Below the pieces are notes generated by a model. That model did not search any database. It saw nothing but the letters and a program-made list of their open reading frames with translations, and was not told where the DNA came from. From IMG/VR virus record IMGVR_UViG_3300018890_000001, positions 135,764-199,763 of that record: a stretch of DNA of 64,000 nt; one strand, given 5' to 3'. This stretch comes from a virus. Below, piece by piece: positions 47,278 to 56,097 of this stretch. Both the position numbers and the translations under genes were made by a program. Positions within the stretch are counted from its first letter, which is position 1. The number at the start of each line of letters is the position of its first letter.

Positions 47278-47281
47278 GCGT

Positions 47282-47923
47282 ATGTACATAACACCCCTCG
47301 AAGTGCGTAACCAACTAATCTCGATCGGAACTTACACGAGCGAGACGGCTCCTTCTTTGGAACAGTTGGCTTACGTACTCGAAGGAATAGAGGAACGTCT
47401 CGATATTTGGCTCGGTTATCATCCAGGCAAAAAAACTTACATCGAAGACTACCGAAGTTCGCGAACTGGTACGGTAACTCTCGTGCAATATCCGGTAATC
47501 CTGGTACGGCGGGTCGAGGTTTATAACCACAGCGATCCCTCTTGGCCTACCTTGTATGAAACTGAAAACATTATGTCGAGTTGGTTGCAAGGTTCTGTTT
47601 TAAAAGTAGGGTATCCCGAATGCGCTGTAAAAGTTGTTTATGATGCTGGCTACGATCCATTGCCGAAGCGGTTCCAGCGAGCCGCTTTTTCCTTGTTGCG
47701 AAAAAGCTTGGAGACAAGTGGACTTACTGGAGACTTGAGTTTTCTCGAAGAACCAATCCGCGATGTCAGTTCGATTTCGATACCAGGGATCTCCAAGTCG
47801 TTCCGGCTTGGGGATAGCAAAAAAGGCGCTGGCGGAAACGGTGCCGGGTCTGCGCTCGATCGCGAGCTGGCATCTCTACAGGAAGCGGGCGACCGTCGTA
47901 TGCACCTTTTTCCTAGAACTTAA
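47282..47923 (+). CDS. Head-tail adaptor protein
   Basis: MYITPLEV..IEERLDIWLG..QYPV..VKVVYDAGYDPLP. Confidence 0.7.
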   Translation: MYITPLEVRNQLISIGTYTSETAPSLEQLAYVLEGIEERLDIWLGYHPGKKTYIEDYRSSRTGTVTLVQYPVILVRRVEVYNHSDPSWPTLYETENIMSSWLQGSVLKVGYPECAVKVVYDAGYDPLPKRFQRAAFSLLRKSLETSGLTGDLSFLEEPIRDVSSISIPGISKSFRLGDSKKGAGGNGAGSALDRELASLQEAGDRRMHLFPRT

Positions 47924-47943
47924 CGCTTGATTGCAGGATTACC

Positions 47944-48153
47944 ATGCCTTACGCCAGCGCTTACGACGTTTTGAAAAGCGCTACCGCAACAGTTGCCGAG
48001 TGCGCTAACGCGATTGAGGAATTGGGGATTCAATACGGATATATAACGGCTGTTGTAGCTTTAGGAGTTAGAGAAAATGCTGATATTGATTTGGTTCGCA
48101 TAAAAGTGCTTATCAAGGCGCTAAAGTTTAAGATCGTCAAATTATCCAAATAA
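47944..48153 (+). CDS. Hypothetical protein
   Basis: 69-aa ORF in the operon. Confidence 0.55.
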   Translation: MPYASAYDVLKSATATVAECANAIEELGIQYGYITAVVALGVRENADIDLVRIKVLIKALKFKIVKLSK

Positions 48154-48157
48154 CTAT

Positions 48158-49555
48158 ATGTCATTAGAAGACCGTTACATAGAAACACAATTTAGTCTTT
48201 TGGGAATAACGCTTGCTCTTGCAGGTGAGGCACCCAAGCGTTCTGGTGACTTTGAAACAACCTATAAAAGCGAAAGTGGTAAAGAAGTTGCAGTTAAGCG
48301 ATCGCCCGACGGTAAGTTTGCTAATAAAAATGGGGGTGCTTCTGCGCAAAAGTCTACGGTAGCTACCGCTAGTGCTGGGGAAAGTTTTGGAAAAGCTATT
48401 GGTGGATTTGCAGACGAAATCGCAAAAATGCCAGCAAAAGTACAAGAGGTTGTGCGTAAGGCGATATTCGATAGTGAACTTAGTCGGGCGATCGACAAAG
48501 GTGCGGAGAAAATTATCAAAAGCGCTTACGATCCGAGTTTAGCGATTGGTTTTGAATTAGGTCAAAGCATTAAGGATGAACTCGCTAAAAAACCATTTTC
48601 TAAGTTCGCAGAAACAATCACCTCCAAATTTGAGGAATTTAGAAAAAGTTTGCCACAAAAAAGCGAGGACCTCAAAAAAGAAATTATCCGAATCGCAAAA
48701 GATCCAAATACATCATCGACAATTGCTGCTGGCGCTGTAATGGGACTTGCTGCATATTTTCACATTACTGGATTATTTAAGTTGCTTAGAGCTGGGGGAA
48801 TTGCATACGGATTGTTAAAAATACCTAAAAATGCTGCTGTAGAAATTGAAAAAGAATTTGCACAAAAAGCAGCAGCACTTCTTCCTGAGCTTAGCGAACA
48901 AGATGCTTTAAAATCAGTTGCAGGAATGGGGCAACAAGCAGTCAAGGCACTGAAACTAGCTGGCGCAATTGATATAGGATTGCATTTTATCGGTGCTAGT
49001 TTTAACAATATTGTTAGCAGTGTACTCACTTCCCAAGCTGGGCGCATCATTATGGATCGTGCAAAAACGAACGAACAAGTCGAGAACGATCGCCTGAAGC
49101 AAGAAATCTCTACCAAGAAGAAAGAAGATTCCGATGCTTTGTATCAGCAGCAATTAGATCGGCAAGCTAAAGATGCGAAGGCGCAACAGAGCTTAATCAA
49201 AGAACTTCAGAAAGATGCTCCAAAAACCCCAGAAGAGATAATTACGCCTGACGGAACACTAGCAGCACCAGTTTTTACGGTAAACCTGTCGGATGAAGAC
49301 GAGGCTTATGTCGCAGATCCCAAAAACTATGAAGCGGTCATGACCGAAGCCTATAAAGACGAGGAATTTCTTAAGTTAGGCTTTACATATACTGAAGCAC
49401 AAGCTCTAGAAGTGCTTGCTGTATTTACTGGATCACAATCTGAAGCAGATAAATTTCACGAAATAGGAGAGCAAGCGACGGAAGCAATGAAAAATCGTTT
49501 GACTGTAGTAATCAAAGAAGAAATCAAACGGCAGCGCGCGATTGCGCGACCTTGA
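48158..49555 (+). CDS. RSPDGKF-tag protein 1 (putative capsid-internal/ejected protein)
   Basis: Shared N-terminal module; hydrophobic helices in the central region. Confidence 0.6.
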   Translation: MSLEDRYIETQFSLLGITLALAGEAPKRSGDFETTYKSESGKEVAVKRSPDGKFANKNGGASAQKSTVATASAGESFGKAIGGFADEIAKMPAKVQEVVRKAIFDSELSRAIDKGAEKIIKSAYDPSLAIGFELGQSIKDELAKKPFSKFAETITSKFEEFRKSLPQKSEDLKKEIIRIAKDPNTSSTIAAGAVMGLAAYFHITGLFKLLRAGGIAYGLLKIPKNAAVEIEKEFAQKAAALLPELSEQDALKSVAGMGQQAVKALKLAGAIDIGLHFIGASFNNIVSSVLTSQAGRIIMDRAKTNEQVENDRLKQEISTKKKEDSDALYQQQLDRQAKDAKAQQSLIKELQKDAPKTPEEIITPDGTLAAPVFTVNLSDEDEAYVADPKNYEAVMTEAYKDEEFLKLGFTYTEAQALEVLAVFTGSQSEADKFHEIGEQATEAMKNRLTVVIKEEIKRQRAIARP

Positions 49556-49594
49556 TCTATTAGTAGATTCACAACCCATCTTGATTTTATTAAC

Positions 49595-50671
49595 ATGAAC
49601 ACCAACACCACGATCGATGATTTTCACATTTTTCAAATACAATCAAGTTTATTAGCATTACACTTGCAACTTGCAGAAGATTCCGCAAAAAGAAGTGGTG
49701 ACTTTAAAACTACTTATAAGAACGAATCCGGCAAAGAAATTGAGGTTTCGCGTTCACCCGACGGAAAGTTCGCAAGTAAAGGCGGTGGGAGTGGAGCTGT
49801 CCGAACTTCAGAGTCGAAAAAACAAGAGACTCCAGAAGAAGACAAACCTGCGCCTGGAAGCGGGGCAGAAATGATGAAAAACTTATTAAACGGAGATATC
49901 GGTAAACAGCTTAAGCAAAGCATCATATCTGCTATCGACAAGAATAGTACGGTTAAAAATGTAGGTGCGAAAATCGGAGAAGCAATAAACGAAGCAAATA
50001 TCAAGATTGGTGTGCAGCAAGCACAGTTTTCTGAAATACTCGGCAATGGTAGTGATGTGATCGGAAATGCTCAAAAGTATATAAAGAGTCAATTTGACGA
50101 CATCGCTAGAGGAGCGTCTGATAGTGAGACGTGCCAAAATATTGGGAAAACATTGGTTGCTGGTATAGTGGCTGGCGCTTGTGCTGGGGCGATTATCGCA
50201 GCTACCGGAGGCACTGCAGGAGCTATTACCACGGCTGCTGTAAGCGCATATGGGATAACACTCGTTCTTGGGGCCGTACAGGACAGTGTGCGAATAGGCA
50301 AAAGGAATGCCTATAACTTTGAACATCGATTTGAAATTGCAGCAAAAAAGGATGCCGATGCTAAGTTTGCGGCAATGATCAAAAAGTTTGATGATGAACG
50401 CGCACAAAAACAGCTATTTGAAGATATCAAAACAGTTGCTGAAGTAAAACGCGCAGAAGTCAAACCGTCCAAACCTGGTGAAAAACCTAAACCTATATTT
50501 GAGTCAACAAAAGACCTCGACGCGAGGGTGAAAGATTTAGAAAAAAGAGCGGAGGCTGCTAACAAAGCAATGGAAGAATTTGATAAATTAGACGTAAATA
50601 AACTAAAACGAGGAGAGAAACACACCTTATATGACGATGGAAATAGGAAGTATTCTGTGACCGCTCAATAA
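49595..50671 (+). CDS. RSPDGKF-tag protein 2
   Basis: Shared N-terminal module; long Gly/Ala hydrophobic hairpin. Confidence 0.6.
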   Translation: MNTNTTIDDFHIFQIQSSLLALHLQLAEDSAKRSGDFKTTYKNESGKEIEVSRSPDGKFASKGGGSGAVRTSESKKQETPEEDKPAPGSGAEMMKNLLNGDIGKQLKQSIISAIDKNSTVKNVGAKIGEAINEANIKIGVQQAQFSEILGNGSDVIGNAQKYIKSQFDDIARGASDSETCQNIGKTLVAGIVAGACAGAIIAATGGTAGAITTAAVSAYGITLVLGAVQDSVRIGKRNAYNFEHRFEIAAKKDADAKFAAMIKKFDDERAQKQLFEDIKTVAEVKRAEVKPSKPGEKPKPIFESTKDLDARVKDLEKRAEAANKAMEEFDKLDVNKLKRGEKHTLYDDGNRKYSVTAQ

Positions 50672-50762
50672 AGTTAATGCGTCCAGACTGGTTTTCATGA
50701 GTGGTTGACCCAAAGAATATCGCATAGTTACCATAGAAGTTTATATGAATCGGTAGAAATAA

Positions 50763-51563
50763 ATGCAAAACTCGAATTTTCTCTTCTTTAAAATGCAGGC
50801 TCAAATGGTTGGATTGAATTTGCAATTGGCAGAAGTCGAAGAGAAACCGAAACGTTCTGGCGATTTTGAAACAGCTTACAAAAAAGAAAACGGCAAAGAA
50901 ATCGTAGTTAAACGATCACCCGACGGAAAATTTACCAACAAAAACGGTAACTCGACTACAAGTATTACAAACAATCAAGATACTGATGAAAAATCACAAA
51001 AAACCTCGACTCCGCCGTTAATAGAACCCGAAGCAGATAAAGCAATCCGGCAAGTGCTTACAGGGATTGGGAATGCCACGTTGCAAAAAAGTTTAATTAA
51101 TGACGCATCACAGCCCCCAGGGGTTATTGAAGGTATTAAGAATACAAAAATTGAAGCCGTTATAAAAGGGAGTAGTGATGCGTTTTCTAATGCCGTAGCG
51201 TTCATGCGCAGTAAGATAGACGAGGCTGCGACCGTTGTTTCTGAAAACAAAAAAGAAATTGCAATAGGTGCTGCGGTCGTCGCGTTCGCTGTCGCGTTCG
51301 CTGTCGCTTCCGCAGGCGCGACCGCAGTGCTTAACGCCGTCGCGATTCGTGCCGGACTTACAACTGTATTAGGCTTGCTTAGAGGGTCTAGTTTTCCCGA
51401 CGCGCTGATACTTGGCTTGAAGAGTGCTACGCCAGAAAAAATAAAAGCGCTAGTGTCACAGAAAATATATGCTTTAGCTATTGGATACCGACTAGGTATC
51501 ATAGCATATCAAGAAATCAACAAACAAGTAGAAGCTGTTAAACTTGCCAAAAGCGGTGGTTGA
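50763..51563 (+). CDS. RSPDGKF-tag protein 3
   Basis: Shared N-terminal module; Ala/Val hydrophobic segment. Confidence 0.6.
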   Translation: MQNSNFLFFKMQAQMVGLNLQLAEVEEKPKRSGDFETAYKKENGKEIVVKRSPDGKFTNKNGNSTTSITNNQDTDEKSQKTSTPPLIEPEADKAIRQVLTGIGNATLQKSLINDASQPPGVIEGIKNTKIEAVIKGSSDAFSNAVAFMRSKIDEAATVVSENKKEIAIGAAVVAFAVAFAVASAGATAVLNAVAIRAGLTTVLGLLRGSSFPDALILGLKSATPEKIKALVSQKIYALAIGYRLGIIAYQEINKQVEAVKLAKSGG

Positions 51564-51654
51564 AGTTAAACCCACTTTCCGCGACCGACAGATTACTCAA
51601 CAAAAAATAAAGCGGGCGATCGGAATTAATCGATCGCCCGCTTTGGTTGTAAGT

Positions 51655-52029
51655 CTATTGAAATTTCAGCACGTAAAGCTGCAAAACATCTTCCCATTCC
51701 TTAAGCGAGATTGTCCAGTTTATAAAACTGTCAAACTTAAAATCCTCCCAAAAGTAAAATTTCGCAGCTATCTCTGTACATTCGGGAATCTGCGCACTTA
51801 GTTCTTGAGCTTTTCCGATTCCAAACCCTTGATAATTGGTACACAACCAAACGGACACTCCAATATTATTCACAAGGCAGCGAACCTCAAGAGCAGGTAT
51901 TACTAAATTGTCGTTTTTGATATAGTCAATCCCTTTTATTTCATTGTGTGTCGCGATTCCACAAGGATCGGGTGTACCATAAGTATCAATCATTCGCCAA
52001 AATAATTTTTCATCACGAGTGTGTGGCAT
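51655..52029 (-). CDS. Hypothetical protein
   Basis: 124-aa ORF with GTAGT leader. Confidence 0.65.
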   Translation of the reverse strand: MPHTRDEKLFWRMIDTYGTPDPCGIATHNEIKGIDYIKNDNLVIPALEVRCLVNNIGVSVWLCTNYQGFGIGKAQELSAQIPECTEIAAKFYFWEDFKFDSFINWTISLKEWEDVLQLYVLKFQ

Positions 52030-52091
52030 TGATTTTTAAGATAAACTACATTTTCATAGTAACATATTGTAAGCCGTAAAATATCAAAAAA

Positions 52092-53621
52092 ATGCAATAC
52101 AGCCCGGTGTGTAAACCAAATCAACTGATTTGTGGAGAAGGTCGAATTGTGATCGTAAGTGGTTGGACACAAGCTAAATTTATAGAACAACAACTCGATC
52201 GCACGGACTACGCCGCAATCGGTCAATTATATTCACCTACTCGCGGGATTAGCTTTTTGTTCCGAAACTTGCTAGTGAATCCGCACGTATACGCAATCGT
52301 AGGTATCAATGCGACCAGTGCCGATACTAATGCCGGATCGGTTAAAGCATTAGTCGATTTTTTCAACAACGGTTTTGAGCGAGGTCAGTCAGACACAGGA
52401 CGCGAATGCTGGGTTATAAAGTCCGAAAAGGTCGGTTACATCGATATAGAGATTCCTGAATCAGCGTTAGAGTTACTGCGAAAATCGATCTCTTGCGGAG
52501 AAGTTTTTTCTGTCAGTGAGGCGATCGAGTACATAAAACTGTTAGTTGCTTCGATCGCCAGCGCTGAAAAATTCTCTGACGGTACTGCCATGAAACCGTG
52601 GGCCGAACCGATGACTTTCCCGATTCCTGAAATTGAATCAATCGTATTTCCGGGGCAGCGGTACGGTCACAGAATTGAAGGCGCAACTATCGCGGAAACC
52701 TGGGTAAAGTTGCTACACCGCATCAGAACGACAGGAACCTTACGACCGACTGGCTATGACGGGCAGTGGCAGGAATTAATTGATTTGATGGCGATCGTTA
52801 CCGACGAACCGCCAGATTTTTACTTTCCGGAACCCAACTTTTTACCACTAGATCGCCCGTTCCTTGAGAGTTACATCCCCCAGATCCTCGACGACGCTGA
52901 TTATCGAGAGGGTGTGAAATACACCTACGGTCAGCGAATGCGGTCTTGGTTTGGGAACGATCAAATCGAAGAAGCGATCGCAAAGCTCATTAAAGAAATT
53001 GATGCTGCTAGCGCGGTAATAAATCTTTGGGATTCTGGTGGAAACTGGAAGCGGCGCACTGATGGTTCATCAGATCACCAACACGATGGTAGTCCGTGCC
53101 TAAATCACATCTGGTTCCGAGTCGTAGACGGGGAGCTGTCGATGACCGCAACTTTCCGCAGCAACGATATGTTTGCGGCGTGGCCATCAAACGCGATGGG
53201 GTTGCGCGCTTTACAGCAGCACGTTCGAGATACGATCGCCCAACGATCAAAATATGATTTGACTATGGGTCCGCTAATCACGATTAGTCAGTCTGCCCAC
53301 ATCTACGACGATACCTTCGAGAACGTCGATATGCTCATCCAGCAACAGTACGCAAAAATCGCTAAAGTCCAAAATTTCAGAGATCTTGTAGGTAACTTCT
53401 TAATTGAAGTTGAGGGCGACCGCATTCAGGTTTCGCGGACAACTCCTGGCAGTGGTGAAATTGTTGGGTGTTATTCAGGCAAGCATCCACTAGCTTTAGT
53501 TCGCCAAATCTGTGCGGATGCTCCGGCGATCGATCCAGAACACATCGGTTATCTCGGAATTGAGTTGGAAAAAGCGCATCGGGCGATCGTGGCTAGTACG
53601 ACATACGTTCAAGATAAATGA
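52092..53621 (+). CDS. thyA: Thymidylate synthase (cyanobacterial long form with extra N- and C-terminal domains)
   Basis: YTYGQR, SPCL, FRSNDM..AWPSN and SAHIY. Confidence 0.85.
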   Translation: MQYSPVCKPNQLICGEGRIVIVSGWTQAKFIEQQLDRTDYAAIGQLYSPTRGISFLFRNLLVNPHVYAIVGINATSADTNAGSVKALVDFFNNGFERGQSDTGRECWVIKSEKVGYIDIEIPESALELLRKSISCGEVFSVSEAIEYIKLLVASIASAEKFSDGTAMKPWAEPMTFPIPEIESIVFPGQRYGHRIEGATIAETWVKLLHRIRTTGTLRPTGYDGQWQELIDLMAIVTDEPPDFYFPEPNFLPLDRPFLESYIPQILDDADYREGVKYTYGQRMRSWFGNDQIEEAIAKLIKEIDAASAVINLWDSGGNWKRRTDGSSDHQHDGSPCLNHIWFRVVDGELSMTATFRSNDMFAAWPSNAMGLRALQQHVRDTIAQRSKYDLTMGPLITISQSAHIYDDTFENVDMLIQQQYAKIAKVQNFRDLVGNFLIEVEGDRIQVSRTTPGSGEIVGCYSGKHPLALVRQICADAPAIDPEHIGYLGIELEKAHRAIVASTTYVQDK

Positions 53622-53635
53622 TGCTACAATTTAAT

Positions 53636-53836
53636 CAAAATCTACTCGGTTGAGCGAGAAGTCGTTCAATAATTCCGATAGTACCTATAACAGACAAAGA
53701 TGTTGCAGCAGCACAAGTAGTTTTAACTAGCGGGCTTGCAGCCGTAGGGTATACGGTCAAGATGCTTGGTGAGGGTAAATTCGTTGGAATCCCTGTGAAC
53801 CAAGAATCCTCGTACCTGATAGTCGAGGAGTGTCAA
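53636..53836 (+). mobile_element. Non-autonomous IS200/IS605 derivative (tnpB 3' remnant / omegaRNA scaffold)
   Basis: Encodes DKDVAAAQVVL..GLAAVGYTVKML (TnpB C-terminus) and ends GAATCCTCG..CGAGGAGTGTCAA. The left boundary is approximate. Confidence 0.75.
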
Positions 53837-53848
53837 GTTAAATATGGG

Positions 53849-53922
53849 GCCAGTCGAGGAGATGCTTTGGTTTGCTCAGCGCTTGCGCAGGCGTGAAGCT
53901 GGTTCGATTCCAGCCCTTGGCG
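53849..53922 (+). tRNA. Degenerate tRNA / pseudo-tRNA (anticodon unassignable)
   Basis: Perfect T-arm GCTGG-TTCGATT-CCAGC, tRNA-like length, 5 of 7 acceptor pairs; D and anticodon arms are irregular. Confidence 0.5.
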
Positions 53923-53996
53923 TACAAATAAAAAAGCGGGAGATCGGATTAAATTTAATCCGATCGCCCACTTTGATCGTTTAGTCTCCGTTTTGA

Positions 53997-54482
53997 TTAT
54001 TCAACATTTCTGTACAGTTCGCTCACATCATCTGAGTTGAACTGTCGCCCACGGATAACGTCTGTCTCGGACCATTCAGTGTAGTGAATATTGACTTCAC
54101 CATAAGTCAACAAATGACGCACTTGGCGACTTACCCACAAGGCAAAACTAGGACTACACCATTGAGCAAACTGAATTGCAATATCCGGATGCGCAAAAGT
54201 TCCTTGCGCCGCAAGGGTTTCAGCCCGATACCTCAGATCCGAGGTATCGGTGTTGCCCCCTTTTATTGTGTAAAAAGCTTTTGCTCCGTTGTAAGAACGA
54301 TCTACACTGAACGCTTCAAATAATTCCTTAGTTGTCTTGAGTCGCATCCAGTTATCAAGCCTTTTTCCAAAAGGTCTTGCAATATCATTCAGTCGAACGT
54401 AAGCGCCCGATCGCAAGAACTCAACGCTACCAAGTTGGTGTAGCGCTGTTATTTGTTCAGACTTTCCTGTTAAATTAGTCAT
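53997..54482 (-). CDS. KilA-N domain protein
   Basis: YVRLNDIARPFGKRLDNW and GTFAHPDIAIQFAQWCSPSFALWV. Confidence 0.9.
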   Translation of the reverse strand: MTNLTGKSEQITALHQLGSVEFLRSGAYVRLNDIARPFGKRLDNWMRLKTTKELFEAFSVDRSYNGAKAFYTIKGGNTDTSDLRYRAETLAAQGTFAHPDIAIQFAQWCSPSFALWVSRQVRHLLTYGEVNIHYTEWSETDVIRGRQFNSDDVSELYRNVE

Positions 54483-54578
54483 GTGCCTTCGCTATTAAGG
54501 TACACCTCTTGGGTTGCTCGGTATTTCCAGTACCACAACCACGAAGAGGATTTTAATATTTTAGCGCAAGCCGACACC

Positions 54579-55112
54579 TTACACTGCGTTAAACAATTCA
54601 TCCATAAATCGCGCTAATTCTTTTTTGGCATCGGATTGCGCTTGTTTGACTGATTGACTCCAAAAGTTGCGTCCCGGTATTACGATATGCGTAGTCTCGG
54701 CTCTTAAGAAAATTCCAAAGTTAGCGGCCATAAAACCGCGCATCTTATCGGTAACAGGAATCACCGCACCTTCATCTTGAACTTTGGCGATCGTAGTCGC
54801 CTTCCCTTCAGGGATACCGACACCAGCAACAAACGCATTCCCTTCGTGCCGGAAATACTGTTCTAGTGTGTTGTGAATTCCGCTACCGTCAGGTTCTCCC
54901 GCAATTTCGTAAATCTGCTTCGTCATTTCCGATAGCGGTGGAGTTGCGCTGCCGCGTCCTTGACTCTGTAAGTGCTGGCGAATTAGATCATCTAGTCGAT
55001 TGGCAGATACCATCACCCACTGCGCGCCCTTGGCATTGACACGCGCCTTGGCATTCTTGAGTTTCGCGAGAAGTATCCCGTAGCTACTACTATTTTTTAA
55101 ATCGACTTCCAT
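54579..55112 (-). CDS. Phage virion morphogenesis (neck/tail-completion) protein
   Basis: IAKVQDEG..IPVTDKMR..HIVIPGRNFW; GGAGG Shine-Dalgarno. Confidence 0.65.
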   Translation of the reverse strand: MEVDLKNSSSYGILLAKLKNAKARVNAKGAQWVMVSANRLDDLIRQHLQSQGRGSATPPLSEMTKQIYEIAGEPDGSGIHNTLEQYFRHEGNAFVAGVGIPEGKATTIAKVQDEGAVIPVTDKMRGFMAANFGIFLRAETTHIVIPGRNFWSQSVKQAQSDAKKELARFMDELFNAV

Positions 55113-55141
55113 TGTTCACCTCCTGTGTTAATATCAATACT

Positions 55142-55335
55142 AACTACAAACCGGGGCAGTACCGGCGGTGGGTTCGCCCAGTGAAATCTCGTGCAAGAGA
55201 TAGTAGTAAAGTTCGACTGGTGTCAGCACCGCGTAGGAGCGGCTGGGGGATGTTGGGATTTGCAGACCCAACTACCGATAGGGTGTCAGGAGCACTCATC
55301 GCTCGTTCGATTCGAGCGGAACTCGTTACCAACAC
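55142..55335 (+). ncRNA. Putative structured RNA with tRNA-like T-arm 3' end
   Basis: GC-rich multi-hairpin intergenic segment with CGCTCG-TTCGATT-CGAGCG; extended -10 upstream and terminator downstream. Confidence 0.55.
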
Positions 55336-55430
55336 AAAAAAGAAGCCTCTGGCGATCTAATTGCCGGAGGCTTTGTTTTACAATTGACGAATACGCTAGA
55401 TCGTATACCTGTACTTACAAACCAAAACTA

Positions 55431-56030
55431 ATGCGTGAAATTAAAGTCGTATTAAACATAAGTCCTGTTTCTAACCCAGAAACTTTTCACCGCGCACTCA
55501 ATCAAATCACTGAAAGAGTTAGTCAACAGTTCGAGGACCGCGTTCGTGCGCTACTTCACCCAACAACGCCCAAAAATACATTTGACAAGTGCGGGGACTG
55601 CGTATGGTTCCATAAAAAAACTAGATTCTGTGCGGTTGCACCCCAAAACTTAACCAGCTTTGAGTGTGGTGATCGCCAGCTCCCTGAATTGTCCACTAAG
55701 CTTAATCATCTTGAGATGCGCTCACCAGAAAGGATTACTCTAGTTCAAAAGCTAGCAGAAAAATTAGAAATAAATGCGGACGAACTAGAAAGACGCTTGT
55801 ATGAAGGTTGGGTAAAATACCCGGAAGATTTTAGATTGACGACACGAGGTTTATTGAGTGAAATCGAAAAATACGGTGGATACTCGATCACTCAAATGGA
55901 ATTAATAGGCGATGTAATTCGATTAAATAATGACGCTGTTTCGTGCATGATAGCCAGCGCTATTAGAAGAAAGATTTTAGCTGGGCAAACGTTTGATGCG
56001 ATTATGGCTTGGTTACTTTCGGTATCATAG
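55431..56030 (+). CDS. Hypothetical protein with Cys cluster
   Basis: CGDCVWF..FCAVAP..C; TTGACG promoter upstream. Confidence 0.65.
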   Translation: MREIKVVLNISPVSNPETFHRALNQITERVSQQFEDRVRALLHPTTPKNTFDKCGDCVWFHKKTRFCAVAPQNLTSFECGDRQLPELSTKLNHLEMRSPERITLVQKLAEKLEINADELERRLYEGWVKYPEDFRLTTRGLLSEIEKYGGYSITQMELIGDVIRLNNDAVSCMIASAIRRKILAGQTFDAIMAWLLSVS

Positions 56031-56097
56031 ATCAATCTTGTTGTGCATAAGTAATCTAAATGTTACGATATAAATATAGTCGTTAACAGTTAAGATC

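Noticed and set aside
55112-55430. ORFs 55112-55360 and 55144-55335 and the N-terminal extension of 55191-56030
   Set aside because: They overlap the structured RNA, terminator and promoter; the real start is probably 55431.
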